DNA of 64,000 nucleotides, from the NCBI GenBank assembly GCA_963666055.2, contig CAXWPH010000015.1:864001-928000 (forward strand), written 5' to 3'. The stretch's first letter is position 1. The number at the start of each line of letters is the position of its first letter. The DNA is from Acidobacteriota bacterium. GTDB taxonomy: Bacteria; Acidobacteriota; UBA890; WLXD01. The notes beneath the pieces were generated by a model. The model saw nothing but the letters and a program-made list of their open reading frames with translations, made no database searches and was not told the origin of the DNA. Shown here one piece after another: positions 48,426 to 57,921 of the stretch. Made by a program: the position numbers and the translations under genes.

Positions 48426-49553
48426 CTAGTTCGTGAGAACCAATCCTCGGCCGACGAGCTTTATGGGATCGGCTCCGGGCTTCGGAACGAACTTGCTCAA
48501 CCATCCGCCGTCCCAGCTGGCGACATAGACGTTGCCGTCCTGGTCCACGTCCATCTGGTGTGGACGCGCGAGGCCACCAGGAAAGCCACCCCTCGTCCCG
48601 CCGAACGCACCCCAGTGGTACTGGAGGACCCCGTCCAGGTTGTACCTGAGGATCCGGTTCAGTGCCGCAGAAACCACCCAGACCGCGTCATTCTCGTCGA
48701 TAAAGATTCCGACGGGATCGGTGACGTCGGGCCACTCCTCGATGAACTCGCCGTCTTCCGTAAAGACTTGGATGCGGTCGTTGTTCCGGTCGCCGACGTA
48801 GATGCGGTGATCGCGGTCCACGGCGACGCCGTGGATGAGGTCGAACTGTCCGGGGCCGCTCCCGACCGAGCCGAACTCCGACACGAGCTCGCCGGCCGCG
48901 TTGTACCTGGCGATACGACCGTTCTGGTAACCGTCCCCGAGCAGAAAGTCGCCGTCCGGGAGGAAGGTCATCACCGAGGCCTGGCCGAAGTCGAGTGGTC
49001 CCGGGTTCTTGTTCGCCCGTGCCTCCTCCCCGCTCTGGCGCGGGTTGGGGTCGATGAGCCGCATCACGATCTGTTTGCCGTCGTTGGAGAACTTGATGAC
49101 CTGCTCGTGGATGTCTCTGGTTCCTCCGCCGCGCTCGACGAGCCAGATGTGGCGCTCCGGGTCGTAGGGGCTGATGTAGACCTGGTGGGGAGTGTTGAGC
49201 ATGGTGTCCCACTGGGTCCAGCGCTCGACGATGTCCCCGTTCCCATCGACGACCACCATGTAGTTGGAGCTGTCCGGCCGCTCTTCGCCTTCGGCGTTCC
49301 GGTCGCCCCACACTGCAACGATAATCCGGTTCGGATTGTCAGCCGCCACACCAGAGACCTGACCCCAGGTCCACTCCTCGTCGTGGTCTGGCGCCGGCTT
49401 CCACCAGTCTGCCACCGGATCGTATCCTCCGGTACGGTCGTCCCCGCCCTTCATGGCCGCCTCCTGTGCGGCCTGGTCCTCACCAGCGCAGGCTGGGAGT
49501 ATCGCCAGCCCAACGGCGAGGAAGAGGGCCACGCCCATGCGCTCTAGTCTCAT
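48426..49553 (-). CDS. NHL-repeat beta-propeller lipoprotein (PAL-like)
   Basis: Lipobox LPAC; DGYQNGRI, GSGPGQFDLIHGVAVD, DRNNDRIQVF. Confidence 0.88.
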   Translation of the reverse strand: MRLERMGVALFLAVGLAILPACAGEDQAAQEAAMKGGDDRTGGYDPVADWWKPAPDHDEEWTWGQVSGVAADNPNRIIVAVWGDRNAEGEERPDSSNYMVVVDGNGDIVERWTQWDTMLNTPHQVYISPYDPERHIWLVERGGGTRDIHEQVIKFSNDGKQIVMRLIDPNPRQSGEEARANKNPGPLDFGQASVMTFLPDGDFLLGDGYQNGRIARYNAAGELVSEFGSVGSGPGQFDLIHGVAVDRDHRIYVGDRNNDRIQVFTEDGEFIEEWPDVTDPVGIFIDENDAVWVVSAALNRILRYNLDGVLQYHWGAFGGTRGGFPGGLARPHQMDVDQDGNVYVASWDGGWLSKFVPKPGADPIKLVGRGLVLTN

Positions 49554-49647
49554 CGTCAAATCCTCTCGCGGAAAGGCTTTCATAGAAGCCGATAGAAAGG
49601 GCCGCCGTTCACATGCGGTTCAATTCAGCGGCTCGAGACAGGCCGCG

Positions 49648-49900
49648 GACACTGTCAACTTTACCTGGGCGACGCACGGATTTGGGCGAGTTCTGGCCCT
49701 GAAGCTGGGTTCCTTCAGACGGTGACTACCTCACTCCAGGTCCCAAAAGCGCTCGTCCGAAGTACCCGGTAGTCCGCGGATCGTAGTCGGTGCCGGCTCA
49801 GGTTGAAGAGATTCCGGACGACAGCGTGCACCGACAGAAACCGTTGAGCTTGAGCCGCAGACTTGAACCTCCGTATCTGTCGCTCGCGCTGCCGTGTCTA
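49648..49900 (+). mobile_element. IS6-like element start remnant
   Basis: gacactgtcaactt end, related to ends at 32016-32029 and 48349-48362; no transposase follows. Confidence 0.4.
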
Positions 49901-50640
49901 TTACCAGAGCTTGTCCACCTCATCGGTGAGACCCGTCAGCTCCCAGTGGGCGAGCGCGAACGGGATGAGGCCGGCGGCGAGAATCTCGTCGATCACGTCG
50001 GGCATGTTGAAGTCGTCGCCGAGCTGGTGGGCGCGGTCGGCGATGATCTTCTCGAACTGGCTTCTTCCCACCGGATACGCCACCTGATATCCGGGCGCCC
50101 TTACGGCGTCGCGCTTGTGGTTCCACATCGAGCTGCTGTCGGCAATCGCCCAGCCGTAGGGAGTCATATCGGCCTCGAACTGGTTCCACCCGGCGTAGTC
50201 CACGGCGTTGGCAATGAACTGCAGTTCCCCCATCGCCCGGGCGCCTTCGTAGGCGTACTCGATAACCTGGAGCTCTCGGGCTCGGCGCCCCGGTCGCTCG
50301 TCGTAGACGCCGGCGTGCATGAGCACCTCTTCCAATCCGCCGGCGAACCCCTCCCAACGGGGATGGGTCAACTCGTAGAGTCGCCGGGCGGCGCGTATCG
50401 GCGACTGAGTACCCGTCTGCCGGATGGAATCGAGCCCGTGACCGATGTCCTCGTGGATGATGTTCATCTTGGGGTTGCGGGCGATCAGGTTGGTGAAGAA
50501 CGACATCGGCCGGCCCATCCATTCCGTCGACGCCGGTATCGCAACGTCACCGATACGGGCGTAGGCCTCGGCGATGTCGACGAATCCTCGTTCCCGGAGG
50601 AATTGCAACAGCTCATCCTCCGCCTCGGCATAGGCTCTGG
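49901..50640 (-). pseudogene. DUF885-like protein, C-terminal fragment
   Basis: HEDIGH, EGFA..LEE, PGYQVAYPVG, GDDFNM..ILAAG.IP; no N-terminus. Confidence 0.6.
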
Positions 50641-51170
50641 TGCAACCGACCACGGCCGCGGGTGTGTTTTGCATCCCTTCGGGGGCCATGCTGCACGCTG
50701 ACGAGATCGTCACAAGGCACCTTCAGGCCGCTGTCGCGGCGCTGAACGCCCGCCGATGGCGCTACCTATTGATTGACACCCCGCCGTCGCTGGGGCCGGT
50801 TACGATCGCGGCGATGGCCGCTTCTGCTGGGGTGATCGTGCCCGTGTCGGCGACACCGATGGCGCTTGATCGCGTGGCAGCCACAGTGGCTCAGGTTGAG
50901 GCCGTGCGCGCCGGGCTCAACAAGGCGCTACGAATTGTCGGCCTGGTCGTCTGCCAGGCGAAGGTGCGGACGCTGGTCTACCGCGACGTGCGGGGGATGC
51001 TCGAGGAGCAATACGGCGCGCTGGTGTTCGACACGGCGGTACGGGACACCGTGCGGATGGCAGAGGCACCCTACTACCGCGAGTCGATCATTACCTACGA
51101 CAACACCGGCACCGGAGCCGAAGACTACCGGTCACTGGCAATCGAGTTTGAACGGAGGGCAATGAGATGA
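50640..51170 (+). pseudogene. ParA-family ATPase, 5'-truncated
   Basis: IDTPPSLG, VIVPV, VRMAEAP, GAEDYRSLA; Walker A missing. Confidence 0.8.
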
Positions 51171-51544
51171 CGCCGCGACGTGTCGGGCTTCAACCACACG
51201 CTGTCGACGAAGCTGAGTTGAGGGCCGCGGAGAGAGTGATCGCCGACACCAAGCAGACGGGCGAGAAGAAGAGCAAGGAGAAGGCGCCGCCCCCGTGGGC
51301 AGTCAGGATCGACCCGGCGGTAGTTGAGGACGTGCGGAACGCCGATGTCTACCTCACGATGCTAGCGAACGCTGCTGCGTCTGGGCTGACCGACAAGCCG
51401 GCGCCAACGACAGTGTTGGGCATGAGTGGGCTCGTTGAGGCGGCGCTGAAGCGCGAGTTGGCGCGGCTGTCAAAACGCTACAACGACGGCAAGCCGTTTC
51501 CTCGTCGAGTCACCGAACCTCGGCGCGGCCGTCGGGTCGGCTAA
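51167..51544 (+). CDS. Small ParA-partner-like (putative RHH centromere-binding) protein
   Basis: Overlaps parA stop; SGLVEAALKRELARL..YNDGKPFP; inferred from position. Confidence 0.55.
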   Translation: MTPRRVGLQPHAVDEAELRAAERVIADTKQTGEKKSKEKAPPPWAVRIDPAVVEDVRNADVYLTMLANAAASGLTDKPAPTTVLGMSGLVEAALKRELARLSKRYNDGKPFPRRVTEPRRGRRVG

Positions 51545-51691
51545 AGGAGCGACCACGACATTCGAGGCAATCGCAGACTGCCGGTCGCCGGCAGTGCCGT
51601 CGTGGCGGTGCTGCCGGCTATTGGGCTGGTGGATGCGGTGATGCCGCAGGAGATTCCCGAAGTAATAGATGCGTAGTCGAGGACTAGTCCT

Positions 51692-52138
51692 CTACGGTTC
51701 CGCTTCGTATGGAAGGCCCCCCGAGTCCAGGATGACGATCATCGCCGTGGGGCATTCCAGTCGCACGCCAGGGGCCATCCCCATATTCGCGGGGTCCATC
51801 GTGACGATGTCGTCGCCGAAGAAGATCGTGTCGGCCTGCGGCCCCGAGTCGCCCCCGGGTATATTGGGCCGGTCGTTGACGACCATCGGGAACGGGTCTC
51901 CCTCGAAAGTGCGTGTGCAGGAGCGTTGGTCTCCGTCGAAGCGGACGGTGAGCATTCCATCGCCGGTCGTGCCGCCTGCCTCGACCACGCGGAATGCGGT
52001 CGCGTTCGATTGGCCGCCCGTAGCGACATCGTCACCACCCTGGTTGACAGACGTCGGCCAGAGCAGCAGAACGACGAACCCGATGACCGCGAGCGCGATC
52101 ACTATGTGTCGGATCGACCACTTCTTCGACTCGGCCAT
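51692..52138 (-). CDS. Hypothetical membrane-anchored protein
   Basis: RBS gggagg, N-terminal TM, two Cys. Confidence 0.6.
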   Translation of the reverse strand: MAESKKWSIRHIVIALAVIGFVVLLLWPTSVNQGGDDVATGGQSNATAFRVVEAGGTTGDGMLTVRFDGDQRSCTRTFEGDPFPMVVNDRPNIPGGDSGPQADTIFFGDDIVTMDPANMGMAPGVRLECPTAMIVILDSGGLPYEAEP

Positions 52139-52579
52139 TGGACCCCTCCCGGTTATTCGTCGTGCTGGTAGATGCTGGTAGATGCCGATACCTTCGCCGC
52201 ACCCGGCGACATCCCGGACGCGAGCTCATCCCAGTACGACCTCAGCGGATCTTCGATCATCGGCATGTCGATCAGGATAAACGGTGATCACCGGCTCGAT
52301 GGTGGTATTCGCCGATCGTGTACCCCACTGGCGCCGGAAGGGTTGTGTTCTAAAAGTCTCCTTATCGAACACAAAAGTGACTGCGGGCCGACGTAGCAAA
52401 GCGAGCTCGGCGCTACAACCGACGGCAAGTCGTTCCCGGCTCGCGTCACCGAGCCGCAACGCGGTCGACGCGCCAGCTAGTTCCACACCGCGATCGAGAA
52501 AGACCGATGATGTGTATAGGGGTCTCGCCGACGGACGCATGCGAAAGGTGCGGACTGGCCCACCGAAGAGGGGGAAGAC

Positions 52580-52936
52580 ATGAGGTTGATCGTGGCCATG
52601 ATCCCCGTTGTCTGGTTGTGGGTCTTTTTCATCCGGTGGATTGTGATGAGCCGCAAGGATGGTGCCGGACGGTACGCCGCGTATATGGAGAAGCACGTGT
52701 GGGAATACTGGGTCGCCTGGGCGTTACTTCACGTGATGAGTCTTTACGCATTCCCCGAGGCGCTCGGTGCAGCCTTTGCGCGGTCCCTGCCGGGGCTCGT
52801 GGCCGTCCTGATTTACATGGCGTACTGGAGGGGTCGACTGAACTTCGGGCATCGCCGAGTAGGCCAAGTGTTCTTCCACTGGACCTATTGGTTCAATACC
52901 TTGTTCGCCGTGGTGCGGGGAGCACAAGCTGGCTGA
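52580..52936 (+). CDS. Hypothetical membrane protein
   Basis: RBS gagggg; 3-4 Trp-rich hydrophobic segments. Confidence 0.6.
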   Translation: MRLIVAMIPVVWLWVFFIRWIVMSRKDGAGRYAAYMEKHVWEYWVAWALLHVMSLYAFPEALGAAFARSLPGLVAVLIYMAYWRGRLNFGHRRVGQVFFHWTYWFNTLFAVVRGAQAG

Positions 52937-52963
52937 GACACTCGGCTGCTTGATAGAAAAGCT

Positions 52964-53236
52964 ATGAGCGAGACGACAGCGTACCGAGAAAATCTCGCGT
53001 CCTGGATTCGCATCTACGGCCAGCCGTGCCCCGCCTGCGGATCCTCGAGGGTTGCGGTCATTCAATACGGCTATCCGCCGCAATACCTGTTTTCAGAATC
53101 CACAGAGGTCGAGGGTGGCGGCAGGATGCTTGCCGGCAAGCTCTTCAAGCTCGGCGGCTGCTGCGTGACCGTAGGGGAGTCTCCGGAGTTCGAGTGCCTC
53201 AGCTGCGGGGAAGGGTATCGGCGTCTACCGCGATGA
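52964..53236 (+). CDS. Small Cys-rich (Zn-ribbon-like) protein
   Basis: CPACGS..IQYGYP..LGGCC..CLSCG. Confidence 0.7.
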   Translation: MSETTAYRENLASWIRIYGQPCPACGSSRVAVIQYGYPPQYLFSESTEVEGGGRMLAGKLFKLGGCCVTVGESPEFECLSCGEGYRRLPR

Positions 53237-53270
53237 TGATGACGATGGTGATGATGATGGTGATGATGAT
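53232..53270. repeat. Imperfect (GAT)13 microsatellite
   Basis: gatgatgatgacgatggtgatgatgatggtgatgatgat. Confidence 0.85.
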
Positions 53271-53344
53271 CGGCACCCTTGACCCCATGGAGCAGCCTGA
53301 CCCCATGGAGCTCCAGCAGCGGGAACCCTAACTGGGAACCGCAT

Positions 53345-53381
53345 ATATAGGCTTGACATTATAAAGGCTCCGATCTATATT
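53345..53381 (+). promoter_or_regulatory. Sigma70 promoter/operator of the TA operon (near-leaderless)
   Basis: TTGACA-17bp-TATATT ending 10 bp before the ATG; ATATAG...CTATAT inverted arms. Confidence 0.75.
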
Positions 53382-53391
53382 TAGTCCTGTC

Positions 53392-53742
53392 ATGACGAAT
53401 TGGAACGTCGAATACACGGACGAGTTCGGAGCCTGGTTCGAAGGTCTGGACGAGGACGACCAGGACGCTGTTGGCGCCAAGGTCGACCTTGGCGAGATGA
53501 TCGGTTCGGCGCTTGGCCGCCCGCACGCCGATACGGTGAAGGGGTCTAGCCATCCGAACATGAAGGAGCTTCGCGTGAAGCGCCATCAGATCCGTGTGTT
53601 CTACGCCTTCGATCCGCGCCGTTCGGCGATACTGCTGATTGGCGGGGCGAAAGAAGGTGACGACCGATTCTATGACCGGATGATCCCGATCGCGGATGCG
53701 CTGTATGACGAACACCTGTCCGAGATCACCCGGAGGCACTGA
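53392..53742 (+). CDS. RelE/HigB-type (Gp49-like) toxin
   Basis: LGRPHADTVKGS.HPNMKELR, RVFYAFDPRRSAILLIGG.K. Confidence 0.92.
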   Translation: MTNWNVEYTDEFGAWFEGLDEDDQDAVGAKVDLGEMIGSALGRPHADTVKGSSHPNMKELRVKRHQIRVFYAFDPRRSAILLIGGAKEGDDRFYDRMIPIADALYDEHLSEITRRH

Positions 53743-53801
53743 AGGGGGTAAGCGCCGCGAGGCGACAAGCCCCGGTAGCACACGACCGGAGGCTCAAGAC
53801 G

Positions 53802-54113
53802 ATGGCTAAGACGTGGCAGGAGCTCAAGGACCGCACGATGAGTCCAGAGCGACAGAAGAAGGCGAGGGAGCTGGCCCTGCAGATGCTGGCGGAGTTGCCG
53901 CTGGCCGAGCTGCGGAAGGCACGCGAGCTTACGCAAGAGACGATGGCTGAGACGCTCAATCGTTCACAGGCGTCCGTCTCCGAGCTGGAACGACGGACCG
54001 ACGTTTACGTCGGCACGCTGCGCCGCTACATCGAGGCAATGGGCGGTGAGCTCGAGATCGTCGCGCGGTTCCCTGACGGGGACGTGCGGATCACGCAGTT
54101 CGCGGAGGCATAG
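53802..54113 (+). CDS. HigA-type XRE antitoxin
   Basis: LAELRKARELTQ..SQASVSELE..TLRRYIEAMGGELEI; toxin-first order. Confidence 0.92.
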   Translation: MAKTWQELKDRTMSPERQKKARELALQMLAELPLAELRKARELTQETMAETLNRSQASVSELERRTDVYVGTLRRYIEAMGGELEIVARFPDGDVRITQFAEA

Positions 54114-54116
54114 AGA

Positions 54117-54575
54117 ATGTGGAAAATGGTGGCCGTCGGTGACGGCATAGAAGTTGACGTCGGCCAGGGGTTCCAGGCTCACTCAGTGAGCCTCGTTGAG
54201 CCGGGAAGGATCTGTGTGCATCCGATCGCGGCGAACGCGTCGGGCGCGGCGGTGCCTTCGTATCGGTTCCCGCCGATCGGCCAGACGGTGCGGATTCGGA
54301 TCGGCGACCAGGTGCGCACGGCGGCGATCAGCGAGGAGCACGACTCTCTGATGACGCTCACGCCAGCCTACATGCGGCACGGTGGCGACGGGGCCGATTG
54401 CCCGTTCTGTTGGCAGGAACGCGTACCGGGATCGCCGACGGGGTTCGCGGTCGGAACCGGCTTCGGTCCGCACCACAACGCTCAGGCGGTCCCGACGACG
54501 CAGCACGACTGCCCAGGTTGCAAAGAATCGTTCAACAGCCTCGAGTGGTACTCGCTCGCGCGCGAGCAACTGTAG
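54117..54575 (+). CDS. Hypothetical protein with two CxxC motifs
   Basis: CPFC and CPGC; follows antitoxin. Confidence 0.5.
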   Translation: MWKMVAVGDGIEVDVGQGFQAHSVSLVEPGRICVHPIAANASGAAVPSYRFPPIGQTVRIRIGDQVRTAAISEEHDSLMTLTPAYMRHGGDGADCPFCWQERVPGSPTGFAVGTGFGPHHNAQAVPTTQHDCPGCKESFNSLEWYSLAREQL

Positions 54576-55424
54576 CTGAGGCTGATGACATCGACGAGGA
54601 TGATTGGGTGCGGCTCGAGATGCCGAACCTGAAGCCATCGACCAAGCAGATCGAAAAGCAGGACCCTGATGATGGCGATCCTGATCGACCTGATCGCGGT
54701 GATGTGTAAGCAAAGCACCCTCTTTCGAGGCGTTCCATGAGCGGAGTTCTCATAGCCATCGTCGTAATCGTGATCGCGGTCTATCTCGTCCGTGTTCGGG
54801 GGATCGGCGTCTATCGCGACGATGATGAGTAACCCGGCAAACGGTGGAAGTGCGCCGCGCGAATCTTCTAGGGGCTCGCTGGTGAAAGGCTCCCCGGCCC
54901 ACCGTCCGTAGCTTCCGGTACGACTGGTACCGAGACGGTGCCCACGGTGACCTCATGGAAGGCGGTGACCCCATGGAGCTCCACCCTGCAGAATCCTGAT
55001 CGACCCTGATCAACGTAGGGGACTCCGGAGTTCGAGTGCCCTGGGCAGGTAAATGCCGCCGCACGGTTCGGAAGAGCCCGTCGCCGGCAATCGCAGCTGC
55101 GAGATCCTCGGGGTTGGGATCGATATCGGGCGACCGAGACCCTGGCGGCCGGCTATATAGAACTGCTCCATGCAGGACGTCTACCTTGCCGAGATTTCCA
55201 GCGCCGCGGCGATGGTGACCCCATGGCGCAGACTCCATGGAGCACCCCGGCCCCCTGCTCCCAAAGCAGCGGTGGCCCTACGACAGGCTACGAATCCGGG
55301 CTCATGCAGAGGCGGTTCGAGGGCCGGAACATACCGAAGAAGTACCGACGGACGTACCTCTGGTGCGATCAACAAGGTACCGGTAACGGCTATAAAGCCA
55401 ATGTCTTCAGTGAGTTGAAAGGAG

Positions 55425-55497
55425 TGGGCGCAGCAGGATTTGAACCTGCGACTTCCACCGTGTGAGGATGGCACTCTAGCCGCTGAGTTATGCGCCC
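55425..55497 (-). tRNA. tRNA-Val(CAC)
   Basis: GGGCGCA acceptor, stem ccatc/ggtgg with loop CT-CAC-AC, gcagg-TTCAAAT-cctgc T arm; CCA not encoded. Confidence 0.95.
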
Positions 55498-55702
55498 ACC
55501 TGGGGTGGTCTGGCTCGAGTGAGCCGGCCGAGGTGGAGTGCCCAATCACACGGACTCAGCAGGCGTCCATGATAGCGGCCACGCTTGGGCTCGCCAAGAG
55601 CTTGCGTGTTGCTGTGGACAGCCGAGGGTGAGCCGTTAGTATGGCTGCTTCCATAGCCAGTGAAGTTTGTTCTCGATCTTGGTCCTCTAGGCAGGCAGAC
55701 GT

Positions 55703-56029
55703 ATGGATAACCCGGAAGACATCGCTCCTACTTCGGAGGGGCACGTTCAGATCTCCGCAACCGATGATGACCTCAAGGGTCGGTACGCCAACCTGATGTC
55801 CGTGAGCCACACCGCGGAGGAGTTCGTTTGCGATTTCTTCTCGGTTACACCAGCGGGTGAGGGGCCGCGAGGGCATCTGGTTTCGCGGGTGATCGTGTCA
55901 CCGTCGCACTTCAAGCGCATCGTCAGCGCGCTGAGCGACAACCTGCGCAAGTACGAGGAGCAGTTCGGTGAGATTCAGGATCCGCAGGGCAACCTGCCGA
56001 ATCCGGATGACATCGGGTTCGTTCACTAG
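55703..56029 (+). CDS. DUF3467 domain protein
   Basis: GRYANL..VSHTAEEFVCDF, SRVIVSPSHFKR..AL.DNL.KYE..FGEI. Confidence 0.88.
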   Translation: MDNPEDIAPTSEGHVQISATDDDLKGRYANLMSVSHTAEEFVCDFFSVTPAGEGPRGHLVSRVIVSPSHFKRIVSALSDNLRKYEEQFGEIQDPQGNLPNPDDIGFVH

Positions 56030-56058
56030 CTGTTGTTGAGCATGGCAGGAGGCGGCAT

Positions 56059-57369
56059 TTGAAACGACGTGACCTGATCCGGGCCGGTGTCGGCGCCGTA
56101 GGCGCGGGCCTGGTTACTGGGCCCTCCGGGCTTGCGTCGGCGTCTACGCCCCGGCAGTTCGGGTTCGCGCGCGGTGCCCCGGGCCGTCGCTTCGACGCCT
56201 GGGTGAGCGTCAACGTCGCCAATCTGAACGCCAATCTGGCGCTCGTTCGCGAGCGCGCCAACGGCTTGCCGGTGATGGCCGTGGTGAAGGCCGACGCATA
56301 CGGACACGGTCTTGTTCCCGTTGCCCAGACGCTCGCCGAGGCCGGGGTCGACGCCTTCATGGTGGCCAATACTCAGGAAGCAGTGGCGCTGCGCGAGGCC
56401 GAGATCGAGACACCGATCCTGCACTTCGGACGCGTGTTCGGCCCGGCGGCCGAGCTGATTATCGAGCATCGCCTCGAGCAGATGGTCGATTCACGCGACG
56501 CGGTTTCCGACCTGGTGGCGGGCGCCGCCATGCAGCAGTCGGAGGCGGTGGTTCATGTGCATATCGACACCGGCCTCGGTCGGGTCGGGGTGCCCTGGCG
56601 TGAGGCTTCCGAGCTGCTCAGATACATCGACGGCCGATCGCGTGTGCGCATCGCCGGGGTGAGCACCGCCTTCGCCGAGGATGTCGACTTCGATCGCGTC
56701 CAACTGGGGCGTCTCAACGAGATCTGCGAGCGTGCCGTGGCCGAGGGAATCGACATCGGACGGCGCCATGCGGCGAGCAGCGCAGCGCTCCTGGCGATGC
56801 CCGATGCGCACCTCGATATGGTGCGACCCGGGATTCTTTTGTACGGTCACTACCCGTCGCGCGCGGCGCGCGACCGCGAGCCCGATCTGGGGCTCAAGCC
56901 GGTGCTTGGGTTGCGCGCCCGAGTGGTGGGCGTGAAGACGCTTCGGCAGGGCGAGTCGGTGGGATACCACCGCGTGTACGTGGCCGATACGCCGCAGATC
57001 ATCGCCTTGCTGCCGATCGGCTACTCCGACGGCTATCCGCCGGAAGCCGTAGTGGGCGGCGGACACGTGTGGATTCGCGGCACGCGGTGTCCCTTCGTCG
57101 GCGAGATGAGCGCCAATCACTGCATGGTAAGGATCCCCGAAGGGCTGGACGCGCAGCCAGGCGAGCTGGCGGTGCTGATTGCCACGGGCGACGAGGCGGC
57201 CGCGTTCGGCGCCGAACCAGTACCAGAAGCGCGGAATCCGAGCATGGGAATGCCGATGGCGGAGATGGTGGCGGACTGGGCCCAGATGTCCGACTATCGC
57301 GTCCACATCCAGCTGAGCTCGGAACTGCCGCGTAGCCTGGAAGGTCGCCGCCGGCGTCGGAGGTTCTAA
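56059..57369 (+). CDS. alr: Alanine-racemase-family PLP enzyme with Tat signal
   Basis: AVVKADAYGHG (PLP Lys), DTGLGRVG, VRPGILLYG, SVGY, IGYSDG; KRRDLIR leader. Confidence 0.88.
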   Translation: MKRRDLIRAGVGAVGAGLVTGPSGLASASTPRQFGFARGAPGRRFDAWVSVNVANLNANLALVRERANGLPVMAVVKADAYGHGLVPVAQTLAEAGVDAFMVANTQEAVALREAEIETPILHFGRVFGPAAELIIEHRLEQMVDSRDAVSDLVAGAAMQQSEAVVHVHIDTGLGRVGVPWREASELLRYIDGRSRVRIAGVSTAFAEDVDFDRVQLGRLNEICERAVAEGIDIGRRHAASSAALLAMPDAHLDMVRPGILLYGHYPSRAARDREPDLGLKPVLGLRARVVGVKTLRQGESVGYHRVYVADTPQIIALLPIGYSDGYPPEAVVGGGHVWIRGTRCPFVGEMSANHCMVRIPEGLDAQPGELAVLIATGDEAAAFGAEPVPEARNPSMGMPMAEMVADWAQMSDYRVHIQLSSELPRSLEGRRRRRRF

Positions 57370-57372
57370 GCG

Positions 57373-57921
57373 CTATTGCTGCTGGCGGGGCACCGGGTTG
57401 GTGAGGGTTCCGCCGCCCGTCGGGCCCCGCAGCGTTGGCATCATCTGCAGCGCCTGCATCATCCGGTAAGTCACCGGGTTCATGCCCCACAGACGAGTGC
57501 TTTGGTCCGGATCCTCGAACCACGACAGCGCCGCCAGCTCCTCCGCCGTTCGAGTTGGCTGCCCGGCCGCCGAGACACCGGCAAGGAAGTTCTCCGCCGC
57601 GTCCACACGGGCACGCCAGCGCTGCGTCCAGCTACGGAACGTATCGCCGCTGCCGGCGACCATCGAGATATCCCGCACCGAGAAGCCGCTATCCGCGGCG
57701 GCAGCGAGGCGAACGTCGATGAGCGTTCCATCACGCAGCTGCAATAGGGCGCTGCCGCCGACATCGGTTGCCAGGGTGGAGCGCACCTGCAGACTGTCGA
57801 GCGTCAGGCTTACGTCCTGGAGCGCGTACAGCACCTCTTCCGTGGTCGGTGAGTTCTGCGCGTACAACGGAGCTGCTGCCAGGATCACGGCGAACAGCGC
57901 GAGGGCGCGGGAACGAATCAC
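57373..57921 (-). CDS. Exported hypothetical protein
   Basis: Signal peptide ending LYAQ. Confidence 0.6.
   Translation of the reverse strand: MIRSRALALFAVILAAAPLYAQNSPTTEEVLYALQDVSLTLDSLQVRSTLATDVGGSALLQLRDGTLIDVRLAAAADSGFSVRDISMVAGSGDTFRSWTQRWRARVDAAENFLAGVSAAGQPTRTAEELAALSWFEDPDQSTRLWGMNPVTYRMMQALQMMPTLRGPTGGGTLTNPVPRQQQ

Larger units (their letters stand above)
53280..55242. repeat. Three paired TGACCCCATGGAG-type motifs
   Basis: Pairs at 53280/53298, 54948/54966 and 55216/55230. Confidence 0.8.

Noticed and set aside
49790-50701. 303-aa plus-strand ORF
   Set aside because: Joins an IS-like remnant to the antisense of the DUF885 fragment
53232-53270. Poly-His metal-binding peptide on the minus strand
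   Set aside because: His run follows simply from the GAT repeat; no convincing start in that frame
53280-55242. CRISPR array from the CCATGG repeats
   Set aside because: Units are ~13 bp, occur in pairs with 1-5 bp gaps, have no regular spacers, and no cas genes are present
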